From Lama glama (taxonomy: Eukaryota), in the NCBI GenBank assembly GCA_028534125.1, contig CM052832.1, positions 9,488,001 through 9,552,000 on the forward strand: DNA of 64,000 bases. Direction: 5' to 3'. This document shows positions 12,991 to 26,808 of the stretch, in pieces. Position 1 is the stretch's first letter. Each line of letters opens with the position of its first letter. A program made the translations under genes and the position numbers. The notes below the pieces were generated by a model. The model did not search any database. It was not told the origin of the DNA and saw only the letters and a list, made by a program, of their open reading frames with translations.

Positions 12991-13379
12991 CTATCTAACT
13001 CACCTTTTGACTTTGAATAAGTCATTTTATATCTAAGCCTCAGTTTCCTCACTTACTAAATTAGGATAAAATGTTCGTCTTCTTGTGAGGATCAAATTAG
13101 GTAATATAGGTAAAAGTTGTTTGCAAACTATAATGTCACCATCATTGGTGGCTGCAGAACCCTCATCCAGCTGAGGCTACTTAAGGAGGCAAAAGCGTTG
13201 TGGAAGAGAAGCTGATGCTTCAGAAGCGGCAACTGAGTTGGAAGACTATTGGAAAACTCCACTAAGAAAGACAAGCCATCTTTGAAAGTACAGTTGGAAG
13301 CTGGAGCTTGGTTCTGAAAACAACACTGGGCAGCCTGCCGAGGCTATTGCTATTACTGATACCATCATTCATGTACAAA

Positions 13380-13833
13380 CTCAGGTTTTTCCTCTAGGAA
13401 AACACGAGCTAACAGACCCCCAAGCTATGGACCACCTGGCCAGGGAATCTTGACTCCTGAAACTGTAAGAAATGTCACGGGATAGCGGGGAGGGTATAGC
13501 TCAAGTGGTAGGGTACATGCTTAGCATGCATGAAGTCCTGGGTTCAATCCCCAGTACCTCCTCCAAATGTAAATAAATAAACCTAATTACCTCCCCGTCA
13601 TAAAAAAGAGAGAGAAAGAAATGTCACGAGACAATGATTAATAATAGCCTCTTATTCTACCCCTTAAAAACAAAACAACAAAAAACCCTAACTCAAAAAC
13701 CAAGTTGGACTGGATCTGAGGCATATCTCCCACTCTGTTGCTTGGTGCTTTGCAATAAACCCTCACTTTGTTGCAGACTCCTGCTGTCTGTCTTTCTGCG
13801 AACCTTGGGCACACAAGCCGTTTGCACCGTTAA
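13380..13833 (+). mobile_element. Probable old LTR interrupted by a SINE, next to the MRPS10 promoter
   Basis: R/U5-like tail (tgcaataaacc...gggcacacaagcc); boundaries uncertain. Confidence 0.4.
13485..13615 (+). mobile_element. Vic-1-like SINE
   Basis: ggggagggtatagctcaagtggtag...gggttcaatcccc; TSD aagaaatgtcacg on both flanks. Confidence 0.88.
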
Positions 13834-13959
13834 AATAGGAAAATTAACTATTTATCCACTACTCAGATAAGCGTTGTCAATATATTTTTTTCCAAGCATG
13901 TGTTTGTTATGTATGCCTCCAACAAAACAGGAACCGCGTAAGACAAACAATGTAGAGAA

Positions 13960-14420
13960 GAAAACGCTGATGGAACTCGGTAACTATCTAGGTGCAGGGT
14001 GAAGCTATAAGGACACCTAGTGTGGGCGAGGTTACGACAGGAAGGAAGCGGCCTGTGTTCACAGTCCCACCCTCAGAAAGCGTGGAATCACGTCTCTATG
14101 GTTGTTCCTCCGCCCAACATAAGGATACACTCTCTCCCTCTGAGGAACTCTATGGTCAGAGGGCGCCTCCGTGACCCCGGAAGCGATCCTGGGAAGCCAG
14201 ACCGGCAAGATGGCGGCGCGAGCATCGATGGGTGCCCTGGGCTGGCGTCTCTGGAAGGTATCGTGCGCTCTGGGGGAACCAGGCGGGCTGGCAGAGACAG
14301 TTGCCACTACGTCTGGCAGCCACCTGTCGTCCTGCGTATCTGGAGCCTTTCCTGATATTTATTTCGCACCTGGGCCCGTTGTTAGCAGGAAGGTAGCGAG
14401 AAAAGGACCGGTTTAACCTC
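13960..14420 (+). promoter_or_regulatory. MRPS10: CpG-rich TATA-less MRPS10 promoter with ETS/GABP and YY1 motifs
   Basis: Local CpG enrichment; CCGGAAG at 14177-14183; AAGATGGCGGC (YY1 consensus) overlapping the start ATG at 14210. Confidence 0.7.
14210..14257 (+). CDS. MRPS10: MRPS10 exon 1 CDS (start of mitochondrial presequence)
   Basis: MAARASMGALGWRLWK, then AAG|gta donor; 48 nt; Arg/Ala-rich with no acidic residues. Confidence 0.9.
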
Positions 14421-14745
14421 GGATTCTCTCATGGGATAAAACATAAGTTAGTGAGTCAGGGCAAAGACAGGAACAAGAGTCGTAGAATGTCAGAGGTGGA
14501 AAGGATATTGAGCAACAAATGTTCCAAACCCCGCCTTTCATGTTTGCGAAATAAACTGAGGCGCAGAGAAGTCAGGAAGCTTCACCTGGCGAAAATTAGG
14601 TAGCACGGGATCTTAAACACTTCCCACAGAACCAGATTGAGATGCCTTCCTGATATCTAGGTGTTTTGAGATTTTGGGTCTCTGAAGTCGAAGTGGGTTA
14701 GATATCCTTTGCGGGGTTCTTTGGTAGGGAAAGCAAAAACTTAAG

Positions 14746-15247
14746 CAACGGTTCTCAAGTTATTTAGCCTCAGCACCCTTTTACGCTCTAAAAATGGTTG
14801 AGGACTCCAAAGAGCTTTGTTTTTGTGGGGTTTATCTATCGGTAATTACTTTATTAGAAAATACAACTGAGAATCTTAAAAATGTTTATTCGTTTAAAAA
14901 TAACACTAATCAATTAATTACATGTTAACATAATTAACATTTTCATGGTAAACAACTAGATTATCCAAAACAAATTTAGTGAGAAGAGTGGAATGTTTTA
15001 TGCTTTTTTGCATATTTCTTTAATCTTTGGCGTAATAGAAGACAGCTTGGTCCTATAGCTGCTTCTACAATCTGTCGCTATAGCACAGCCTCTGGAAGAC
15101 TTCACTGTACATTGGTGAGAGAATAGAGTCGGAAAATTGCAAATAACATCTTATTACTATGAAAGTAAGTTTCTCCCCCGGGGCCCTTCTGAGAAAGAGT
15201 CTCAGGAGCCCCTCAGAGGTCTTTAGACTACACTTTGAGAACCACTG
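14746..15247. mobile_element. hAT-Charlie-type DNA transposon remnant
   Basis: Terminal inverted repeats caacggttctcaa ... ttgagaaccactg; degenerate 8-bp TSD aacttaag (14738) / ttcttaag (22016, beyond the L1). Confidence 0.7.
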
Positions 15248-15252
15248 GTGTT

Positions 15253-18200
15253 TTTTTTTTTTAAATTGATTTATGAAAATAATAATTGGTTTTTTAATTG
15301 TTGAACTTTATTGAAGTACAGTTGATTTACAATGTTGTGCTAGTTTCAGGTGTACAGCAAGTGATTCAGTTATATATATACATATCTATATTTTTTCAGA
15401 TTCTTTTTCACTATAGGTTATTGCAAGATATTGAATGTACTTCCCTGTGCTATACAATAGGTCGTTTTTGTTTATCTGTTTTATGTATAGTAGTGTGTAT
15501 ATGTTAATCTGAAACTCGATTTATCCCTCCCCCCTCTTTTCCCCTTTGGTAACCATAGTTTGTTTTATATGTCTGTGAGTCTATTTTGGTTTGTAAATAA
15601 GTTCATTTGTATACATATTTTTAAATTCAGCATGTAAGTGATATCATATTTGTCTTTTCTTTGTCTGAATTGCTTAATTTAGTATGATAATCTCTAGGTC
15701 TATCCATGTTGCTGCAAATGGCATTATTTCATTCTTTTTCATGGCTGAGTAACATTTTATTGTATATATCTTTGTCCATTCATCTGTTGGTGGACATTTA
15801 GGTTGCTTCCATGTCTTGCCTATTGTAAATAGTGCTGCTGTGCACACTGGGATGCATGTATCTTTTCGAATTAGAGTTTCCTCTGGATATAGGCCTAGGA
15901 GTGGGATTGCTGGATCTTATGGTAGTTCTGTTTTTAGTTTTTTAAGAAACCTCCATACTGTTCTCCAAAGGGGCTGTGCCAATTTCTATTCCCACCAACA
16001 GTGTGGGATGGTTCCCTTTTCTCACACCCTCTTCAGTATTTATTATTTGTAGACTTTTTAACAATGGCTGTTCTGACTAGTGTCAGATAACTTCATTGCA
16101 ATTTTGATTTGCATATCTCTAATAATTAGCAATGTTGAACATCTTTTCATGTGCCTGTTGGTCATCTGTATGTCTTTGGCGAAATGACCTCCTCTGCCCA
16201 TGTTTTTATTGGGTTGTGTTGTGGTGGTGGTGGTGGTGGTATTAAGCTGTATGAGCTGTTTGTGTATTTTGGAAATTAATCCCTTGTTGGTCACATAATT
16301 TGCAAATATTTTCCCACTTTCTGTAAGATGTCTTTTCATTTTGTTTATGGTTTCCTATGCTGTGCAAAAGCTGTTAAGATTAGTTAGATCCCGTTTGTTT
16401 ATTTTTGCTTTTATTTCCAATACTCTAGGAGATGGATCAAAAAAAAAAAACTGCTGCAATTTATGTCAGAGTCTTCTCTGTTTTCCTCTAGGAGTTTTCA
16501 AGTATCTGATCTTATATTTAGATCTTTCATCCATTCTGAGTTTACTTTTGTATATGGTGTTAGAGAATGTTATCATTTCATTCTTCTATGTGTAGCTGTC
16601 CAGTTTTCCCAGAATGACTTACTGAAGAGACTATCTTTTCTCCATTGTATATTCTGGCCTCCTTTGTTGAAGATTAATTGACCATAAGTGTGTGGGTTTA
16701 TTTCTGGGCTTTCTATCCTGTTCCACTGATCTGTTTGTCTGTTTTTGTGCCCGTAACATACTGTTTTGATCAAATTTGTAGTTTGAAATCAGAGTCTGAA
16801 ATCAGGGAGCCTGGTTCCACCAGCTCTGTTCTTTCTTGAGATTGTTTTGGTTATTAGGCATCTTCTGTGTTTCCATACAAACTGTGAAATTTTTTGTTCC
16901 AGTTCTGTGAAAAATGCCATTGGTAACTTGATAGGGATTGCATTGAATCTGTAGATTGCCTTGGTTATTGTGGCCATTTTAACAATATTAGTTCTTCCAA
17001 TCCATCTGCTTGTGTCATCTTCTGTTTTTTCCATCAGTGTCTTAATAGTTTTTGGAGTACAGACCTTTTGCCTCCTTAGGTAGGTTTATTCCTAGGTATT
17101 TTATTCTTTTTTAATGTGGTGGTAAGTGGGATTGTTTCCTTGATTTTTTTCCCTAATATTTCATTGTTAGTGTATAGAAATGCAACAGATTTCTGTATAT
17201 TACTTTTGTATCCTACAACTTTACCAAATCCATTGATGAGCTCTAGTAGTTTTCTGGTGGCATATTTAGGATTTTCTATGTATAGGATCATGTTATCTGC
17301 ACAGTGACAGTTTTACTTCTTCCTTTCCAATTTGGATTTCTTTTATTTCTTCTCTGATTGCTGTGGCTAGGACTTCTAAAAGTGGCGAGAGTGGGCATCT
17401 TTGGCTTGTTTCTGATCTTAGAGGAAATGCTTTCAGCTTTTCACCATTATGATGTTAGCTGTGGGTTTGTCATGTATAGCCTTTACTATTTTGAGGTATA
17501 TTCCCTCTGTGCCTCCTTTTGGAAGTTTTTATTATAAATGGATCTTGAATTTTATCAGAAGCTTTTTCTGCATCTATTCAGATGATGATATGGTTTTTAT
17601 TCTTCAGTTTGTTAATGTGGTGTATCCCATTGATTGATTTGTGGATATTGAAAAATCCTTGCATCCCTGGGCTAAATTTCACTTGATCATGGTGTGTGAT
17701 TGATCCTTTTAATGTATTATAGGAGTTGGTTTGCCAGTATTTTGTGGAGGATTTTTGCATCTGTGTTCATCAGTGATATTGGCCTGTAATTTCCTTATTT
17801 TGTAGTATCTTTGTCTGATTTTGATATCAAGGCGATGGTGGTCTCATAGAATGAGTTTGGAAAGGTTCGTTCCTGTGCAGTTTTTTGGAATAATTTCAGA
17901 AGGATAGGCATTAACTCTTCTCTAAATATTTAGTAGAATTCAGCTGAGGCCATCTGGTCTTAGACTTTTGGTTTGGGGGAATTTTTATATTACTGATTCA
18001 ATTTCAGTACTAGTATTTGGTCTGTCCATATGTTCTATTTCTTCCTGGTTCAGTCTTGTATCTTGAGATTGTATCTTCCGAAGAATTTGTCCATCTCTTC
18101 TGGGTTGTCCATTTTATAGTTGCTCGTAGTACCCTCTTATGATCCTTTGTATTTCTGTGGTATTAGTTGTAACTTCTCCTTTTTCATTTCTGATTTTGTT

Positions 18201-21200
18201 TTTTTTTAACTTTTTTTTATTGAGTTCTAGTCATTTTACAATGTTGTGTCAAATTCCAGTGTAGAGCACAATTTTTCAGTTATACATGAACATACATATA
18301 TTCATTGTCACATTTTTTTCTCTGTGAGCTGCCATAAGTTCTTGTATATATATCCCTGTGCTATACAGTATAATCTTGTTTATCTTTTCTACATATGCCT
18401 TTCAGTATCTACAAATTTTGAAATCCCAGTCTATCCCTTCCCACCCGCCACCTCCTTGGCAACCACAAGTTCGTGTTCTATGTCTATGAGTCTGTTTCTC
18501 ATTTCTGATTTTATTGACTTGGGCCCTGTCCCCTTTTTTCTTGATGAGTCTGGCTAAAGGTTTATCAATTTTGTTAATCTTTTCTAAGAACTAGCTTTTA
18601 GTTTCATTGATCTTTTCTCTTGTCTTTTTATCTCTATTTCTGCTCTGATCTTTGATTTCTTTTCTTCTACTGACTGAGTTTTGTTTGTTCTTCTTTCTCT
18701 GTTGCTTTAGGTGTAAGGTTAGGTTGTTTATTTGAGATTTTTATTCTTTCCTGAGATAGGCTTGTATCACTATAAACTTCCCTCTTAGGACTGCTTTTGT
18801 TGCGTCCCAGAGGTTTTGGATCATCGTGTTTTTGTTTCCACTTGTCTCTAGGTATTGTTTGATTTCTTCAGTGGCCTATTGGTTGTTTAGTAGCACATTG
18901 TTTAGCTTCCATGTGTTTGTGTCTTTTGCAGTTTATTTTTTCTTTTAATTGATTTCTGATTTATAGTGTTGTGGTTGGAAAAGATAACTTGATATGATTT
19001 CACTTTTCTTAAATTTACCAAGACTTGCTTTGTGGCTGAGCATGTGATGTGTCCTGCAGAATGTTCCATGTGCACTTGAAAAGAATATATTCACTGCTTT
19101 GGGATGGAATGCTCTATAAGTATCAATTAAGTTCCCCTGGTCTAATGTGTCATTTAAGGCCTGTGTTTCCTTATTGATTTTCTGTCTTGATGATCTATCC
19201 ATTGATGTAAATGGGGTGTTACAGCCTCCCACTATGATTGTATTACTGTCAATTCTCCCTCTATGTCTGTTAACGGTTGCCTTGTATACTGAGGTGTTCC
19301 TATGTTGGGTGCATGTATATTTACAATTGCTACATGTTCTTCTTGGATTGATCCCTTAATCATTATGTAGTGTCTGTCTTTGTCTCCTGTAACAGTCTTT
19401 ATTTTAAAGTCTGTTTTGTCTGATGTAAGTTTTGCTACTCCGGCTTTCTTTTGATTTCCTTTGCATGAAAATATCTTTTTCCGTCTGCTCACTTTCAGTT
19501 TGTATGTGTCTCTAGATCTGAAGTGAGTCTCTTGTAGGTAGCAAATATAAGGATCTTGTTTTTGTGTCTCTTCAGCCAGTCTGTCTGTTGGTTGGAGCAT
19601 TTAGTCCATTTACATTTAAGGTAATTACTGATACGTATGTTCTTATTGCCATTTTGTTAATTGTTTTGAACTTATTTTTGTAGGTCTTATTTTTCCTTTT
19701 CTTTTGTTTCCTTGGGATTTGGTGACTATCTTTAGTGTTATGTTTGGATTCCTTTTTCTTTTTTGTGCGTGTATCTCTTTTAGATTTTTGGCTTGTGATT
19801 ACTATGCAGTTTTGGTATAGCAGTCTTTATATATATGATTGCTTTGAGTTGCTGATTTCTTACCTTCAAATGTATTTTAAATACCCTGCATATGTTCTCT
19901 CCTCTCCACACAATTACTGTTTTGATAGCATATTTTACATTTAATTGTTTTGTGTTCAACTGCTTATTGTGGATACAGATGTTTTTACTACTTTTGGCTT
20001 TTAACCTTCCTCCTAGTTTGGGTGTGGATGATTTCTTGCCTTTACTGTATGTTTGCCTTTACCGGTGAGCTTTTCCATATTGTAACTTTATTGTTTCTGG
20101 TTGTGGTCTCTACTTTTCTGCCTAGAGAAGTTCCTTTAGCATTTGTTGTAAAGCTGGCTAGGTGGTGCTGAATTCTTTTACCTTTTGCTTATCTGTAAAG
20201 CTTTTAATTTCTCCATCAAATCTGAACTAGAGCCTTGCTGGGTAGAGTATTCTTGGTTGTAGGTTTTCCTCTTTCATTGCTTTAAATATATTGTGCCACT
20301 CCTGGCCTGTAGAGTTTCTGCTGAAAAATCAGCTAATAGTCTTATGGAAGTTCCCTTGTATGTTACCAGTCGCTTTTCCCTTGTTGCTTTTAATATTCTC
20401 TCTTTAACTTTTGTCATTTTAATTACAATATGTCTAGGTGTTTTCCTCTTAGGGTTAATCTGTTTCCTGGACTTGGGTGACTGTCTCTTTAAATGTTTTC
20501 TCAGGCCCTTTCTCTTTCTCCTCTTCTGGGACCCCTATAATGCAAATATTAGTATGTTTGATGTTGTCCCAGCGGTCTCACTGTCCTCATTTCTTCTCTC
20601 TCGCTCTCTCTTTTTTTTTCTTTTTTCTTTTTCCTGTTCTGTGGTAGTGATTCCACTACTCTGTCTTCCGGTTCAGTGATACATTCTCCTGCCTCACTTA
20701 GTCTACTGTTGGTTCCTTCTAGTGTATTTTTCATTTCAATGTTTGTATTCTTCAACTCTGTTTGGTTCTTTGTATTTCCTAACTCTTTGTTAAAAAATTG
20801 TAGCTTCTCACTCTGTGCATCCATTCTCTTCTCAAGTTCTTTGATCATCTTTATGATTTTTATTCTGAACTCTTTCTTGGGTAGATTGCCAATCTCCACA
20901 TTACTTAGTTCTTTCCTGGGATTTTATCTTGTTCCTTTGTCTAGTACATATTCCTCTGCTGCCTCATTTTGTCTAAATTTCTATTTGTATTTTTATGTAT
21001 ATAATAGGCTAGTTAACATTTCTTGACCTTGGAGAAGTGGCCCTCTGTAGGAGACATCCTGTGTATCCCATCAGTGCACTCCTCTCTCACACAAGGGCCA
21101 GGGGCCAGCTGGTCCCAGGATAGAATCTGGCCTGTTTGCGGACTTGTCTACAGGCTGCGTGATTGCCATTTTCTTGCTTCTGGTGTCTGCCCCCTGGTGG

Positions 21201-22003
21201 GTAAGGCTGGCCTAGACGCTTGTGCAGGTTTCCTGATGAGAGGAGCCTGTGTCTGCCCACTGGTGGGTGGAGCTGGATCTTGGCCTTCTGGTGGGCAGGC
21301 CTGTGTCTAGGCACATGCCTAGAGGCCACTGTGGGCTCAGGAAGTCTTTAGGAAGCCTGTCTGCTGGTGGGTGAGGGTGTGTCCCTACCCACTTGGTTGT
21401 TTGGCCTGAGGCATCCCAGCACCAGATCCTACAGGCTTTTGGGTGAGGCCAGGTCTTGGTGCTAATGACCCAAGCAAGATATCAGCCTCCTGGAAGGAGA
21501 GTTTATGCAGGTGAGTACTTCACCAACTTTTCTGGCCCAGGCGTCTATGAAAGTACTGCTTTTGCCCTTGGTCCTGGTGAGCGTGAGATTTTTGTGTGTG
21601 CCCTTTTAGAGTGAAGTCTCTGTTTCCCCCAGTCCCATGGAGCTCCTTCAGTTAAGCCCCACTGGCCTTCAAAGCCAAATACTCCGGGGGCTCCTTTTCC
21701 CAGTGCCGGACCCCTGGGCTGGGGAGCCTGATGTGGGGCTCAGAACTCTCACTCCTGTGGGAGGGCCTCTGCAATATAATCATTCTCCAGTTTTTGGGTC
21801 ACCCCCTGGGGAACATGGAATTTGATTATATTGAGTCTGTCCCTCCTACCTGTCTTGTGACTTCTTTGTCTTTAGTTATGAAAGATCTTCTCTGCTAAGC
21901 TCCAGTCTTTTTTAATAATGGTGGTTTTGCAGTTTGTGATTTTGGTGTATTCACGAGAGGAGGTGAGCTCCATCTCCTTCTACTCCACCGTCTTGGTCAC
22001 CAC
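15253..22003 (-). mobile_element. Full-length, decayed LINE-1, antisense in MRPS10 intron 1
   Basis: Poly-T at ~15251; ORF2 fragments (endonuclease 19232-19600 QDPYICYLQETH, RT 17076-17291 [10 protein letters not shown]-terminal pieces 16058-17034); ORF1 fragment 20549-20899; 5' end ccaagacggtggagtagaagg on the minus strand; TSD core TGAGAACCACTG at 15236-15247 and 22004-22015. ORFs are broken. Confidence 0.92.
18198..18498 (-). mobile_element. Younger 5'-truncated L1 3' end nested in the older L1
   Basis: Poly-T head; TSD tcatttctgatttt at 18184-18197 and 18499-18512; near-identical family to 39067-39402. Confidence 0.8.
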
Positions 22004-23293
22004 TGAGAACCACTGTTCTTAAGAAAAGTCAAGTGGTGTTGGAGGTTGAAATTTTGAACTATTTTAAGATGCACTTACCCAGACCTCAGCTTTACTTCTG
22101 AGAGAGAGAGGGATAGAACAAAACTTAAGTACTTATTAAGATTCATTTGTGGATGTAACAGCACTTCAGGCTCCAACTTTTAAAAGCAGGGGTTATACTG
22201 GGAGAAGATGAGTGGGAGGTGTCATATTCCTTAGACCTGTGGTCCTTCTGCACAACTGGATTGAGGGGTCACTGGTATAAATGTGGAAAGGGAGTTTTCT
22301 CTGTGATTATGTGTGGAGAATGACACATACCTTTTACTATCCTATATTCTTGATTTCCTTTTTTTGTTTTTCCACCTTGATCCAAAGGAGACTATGAAAG
22401 TTTTCATTTGCCTTCATCTTGGGTAAAGCTGGGAAGACAATAAGCTAAGAATAGGCTGTTTAACTTTTAACATACTTAGATGACCCTCAGTTGTTTTGAT
22501 TTAGTTTCATTTGTACTAAACTGTTACTCTTATCTTCATAGCATCTTTTAGGATCCTGTTGTGCTTCCACTTTCTCAGGTTACACTTTTAAATATTGGGA
22601 AAGCTTAAGAGAAAAACAGGTGATAAATTACGTGTTACAGTACCATAGGTTTCCTGCAACTTGAAGTTTTGTTCCACCAAGGGGGAGCTGACGATAAAGT
22701 ATTTGGAAACACTGGATTGTTGCAGTATGGGGCACAGAAGTAGTGTAAGATGGGTGTAAATTCCAAAGTGTATTTCAGTTTCTTTATAAGCTAGTCATCC
22801 CAGCCAAGAAATATACATGCTTGAAAAGATGTACGTCAAAAGGCGAGTACTTTAGAGTGCTTATTCCAATTCAATAAATTATAAAGATACCTTTTTAATG
22901 CTCAAAAATACTTAGGTGAACTAAGTATTATATTGAAGTACATTTATCAATAAAAAAATCAGAAAATGAAATCACATTTTTTCCCTTGATGTCCACATAA
23001 TTAATTCATAGCTATTTTAATGTGAGAATTGCTTTTTTAAAAAAAAGTTCTTACTCCTAAGCGTTAAAAGATATAGTTTCTAGTATTTTAGAGTCCTTTT
23101 TGTTTATCAACTCTACCATTGTCTTTTTTTAAATGAAATCTAATTTGGCATTTTAGTTACCCCAATATCTTCATCTGAAATAGTGAAATAGCCTGTTATT
23201 TGAAGTTTCCTGCATCTTTTGGTTTTTAATGGAAACTATGACTGATTTTGGTATTGACATTAGTTCTAATATCTATCCCCCCCCTTTTTTAAG

Positions 23294-23358
23294 GGTTCGA
23301 GGAATTTTTCTGTAAGCAGTTCTAGGAACAGTACAGCCCAAAATGGTGGCTTTCTCCT
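23294..23358 (+). CDS. MRPS10: MRPS10 exon 2
   Basis: ttttttaag|GGT ... CT|gtaagt; 65 nt; GSRNFSVSSSRNSTAQNGGFL. Confidence 0.88.
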
Positions 23359-23391
23359 GTAAGTATATAATTGGATATGCTCATTGAATAA

Positions 23392-23556
<165 letters not shown>

Positions 23557-24460
23557 TAGCAATATATTTTCCTTATTATTTCATTTGGGGCTATTTCCCA
23601 AACACTTTATGAATTTAAAAAATTTGTCCTGGAATACTGGCAAATGCACAATGTGCCTGATGAAAATATCCTCTAATGTCCCTGAGAGCTCGCAGTCTCT
23701 TTCAGGCTATCAGGGTGAGTGCTAATCACATAAGTTATTTACCACCAAGTAACTGGGAATGAGCAGTTTTATGCTTCTGGCTCAGTACAGTGTGAAGAGT
23801 TGTCATAGTGATGCCGAATACTTGGTGTTATGTTATAAAAACTTATTTTTCTTGTCGTTTTCCAGTCTTTATTTTTATTTGAAGATACTGAGTCTGGGCC
23901 TAGACAGTGCTTTATTGTTCACAGTGAGAAAGAGCATTACCGCAAGTAGAGAAGTTTCCTTTAAGTGAAAGCTGTGATTCCATCCACCCAGTTTTTGTGT
24001 TGTTTGTAGTTTTTAAAAATCCCTGCAAGTTCAAATGTTTCCAGTTCCACCCTCAAAAGTTATCTCCTGTAACAGTTTGGTACAAATTCTTCAAGACATT
24101 TGTGTGTATATAATCATCTATACACACACACACACCAAAATAGATTTGTGTTATACCTAATGGACTACTGGTTCAGTGTTTTCACTTGATACTGGACATA
24201 TTCCCATGATGGTACATATAAACTGCATTCTCCAGCTCAGATGCATGCATGGGCCAGGCGTGTAAGGAAAGAGAGGGTGGGCACAGGGGCAGGCTGTGTC
24301 CTTTGTAAGGAAAACAGCTGTAGCTACTGTTGCTGTGTGGAAAATCAGACCTAGTGATGTCAGACCCTAAATTTCCAAACTAAATGAAATTCAGTTTTTT
24401 ATGCAAAATCTTGATTTTTAATATTTGTAACAGATTCAGAGTATCTTTAATACCCTGTAG

Positions 24461-24600
24461 TGGGGGAGGATATAGATCAGTGGTAGAGCACATGCTTAGC
24501 ATGCACAAGGTTCTGGGTTCAATGTCCAGTACATCCTCTAAGAATAAATAAACCTAACACCCCCCCCCCAAAAAAAAGGAAACTAAAAAATTAAATAAAA
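24461..24600 (+). mobile_element. Vic-1-like SINE
   Basis: Degenerate A and B boxes, same body, C-run plus A-rich tail. Confidence 0.82.
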
Positions 24601-25530
24601 CCCTATAGGGACCAGTCAGAACACATCTTAGGGCCATATTCCCTTCCCTTGTTTCCCAACTTAAGAAACAGGACATCAGTATATTCTGTTCTTCCAACAG
24701 CCCCATTTAGGATAATTGAGAGTGACTGTCTAGCTTCCTGGTTAGTAAGTACATCTCCTTTCAGGGGCAAAGTAATTTAACCCTGAATCATTGAATTAGT
24801 AATATAAATTACTAGTTTGATGGATGAATGAAGCGAAGGTAATTCACCTCTTGGAGGAAAGTCAAGTGTCAAACCCCTTATTTTTAAGTATTAGAGTGGA
24901 AGATCTTTAAGTATTAGAGTGGACGAGGTAGAAGTTATATGTACAGTCAGTGTCATAACATTTTAATTAGAAATGAGTAATTTTTCTATTAGGGCAAGCA
25001 AAATAAACATGAACAAAACTTTTAATAAAAGTACATGAATAGCAACAGCTCTCCTTTAACAGTTTATAACTTACAAGTACTTAAATCTGTGCTTTATTTG
25101 TTCCCTGTGGAAATGCTGTGAGCTGTACCGTAGGTGTCATTTTATATATGAGAAAACTAAAGTGCAGTGAGACTGTATGACTGCCCATTGTCATTCATCT
25201 TGAAGTAGCAGAGTTTAATTCTCAATCCAGGTCTTCTGACCAGGCTACTTTATTAGCAGACCCCAAAATCCTTTCCTATTGTGTATTTGGAGTTCAGTAA
25301 CTTAAGCTAGAGGGTTCCATTGATTTTGTAGATTGCTTGAAAATTTTAGCCAGTTCTTAAAAGTCATTGTGGAGTCTGAATGTGGTACTATCTAGATATA
25401 TAATATAATAAAGTTATTATATAATTAAGGTGTTAACTCAGCATTTTTCTCACTTACTAGTAAACTCAAGTGGTTCAATTGAGGGTAATATGTTCAGTTT
25501 TCCAGTTATAAATTAGATTATCATGACTGA

Positions 25531-25692
<162 letters not shown>

Positions 25693-26634
25693 TAAGTATG
25701 ATCTTTCTTAATCTGACCTGTTTGCTGCTATAACACAGTCGGTCGGGAAACTGATGCCAGTCCCAGTTAGGTCTGAGCTCTTAAAATGGGATAGAAACTC
25801 CTGATGGGGAGAGTTTAGATTTGTTTTATTCTCCTAAGCAGGACATCCCTTCCTTTCTACCAGGATTTCTAAATATACTAGCTTAGAATGGGTGGATAAG
25901 GGAAAATGAAGGAATCCTCTCTAGAAATTGCATAGACACAAGGAGACCCAAGAAGCCCTCGTGTCTCAGATCTCCCTGGGGTGGGGAGGCGGGTTAGGTA
26001 AACGAGCCTTCCGTGTAGGCCTGTATGGAGTTGATCTTTGCTGTTGTATCTGTTTTTTCAAAACTGCCTTAAACACCATTCACCCAGTACTTTGATGCGT
26101 GAGCAAGGTGAGCTTCATGTGACCTTGAAGTCACTGTAACTACCTCCTTCGTCCTGTCAACTGCTTGTTCTGATGTTGAACAAGGCCCATTTGGGGCTTT
26201 GCCAGTCTTGCTTTCTAACAAAACTGAAGGGACTCACACATTTCCCATAAGAGATCACAGTTGTGATTATCAATGTACCTGTAATACAGAGCAGACATTA
26301 TAACCGTCCAACGCTCGATGCAGCTCCTCACAGTTTACGTATTTGGTCAGTGCGGGAACCTCATGGGTCTGAAAGCGGAGGCGTGGTTTGCGCACTTGCA
26401 TGCCAAGGTTCGTTTTGGAGTCTGCTCCTGTTACTGTCTGCAGGTTTATTTTGGCCTGAACTTCATGACAGCAGTTGTTAGAGATGACAGCCTTGACAAA
26501 TAGAAGTCTGTAAACAGTAGTTAATGCCTATAATTGAGTGTGAGTCTGACCTACAAAATTGTGGAATCATGCTTTGATATCAGTGACTCAGGTTTTAACA
26601 TCGCTTAGCTTAAGTATGTTGCTTTGCCCATTAA

Positions 26635-26808
<174 letters not shown>

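Noticed and set aside
13485..13562. tRNA-like sequences (here and at seven other sites)
   Set aside because: A-rich tails, TSDs and divergence among copies mark them as tRNA-derived SINEs, not tRNA genes.
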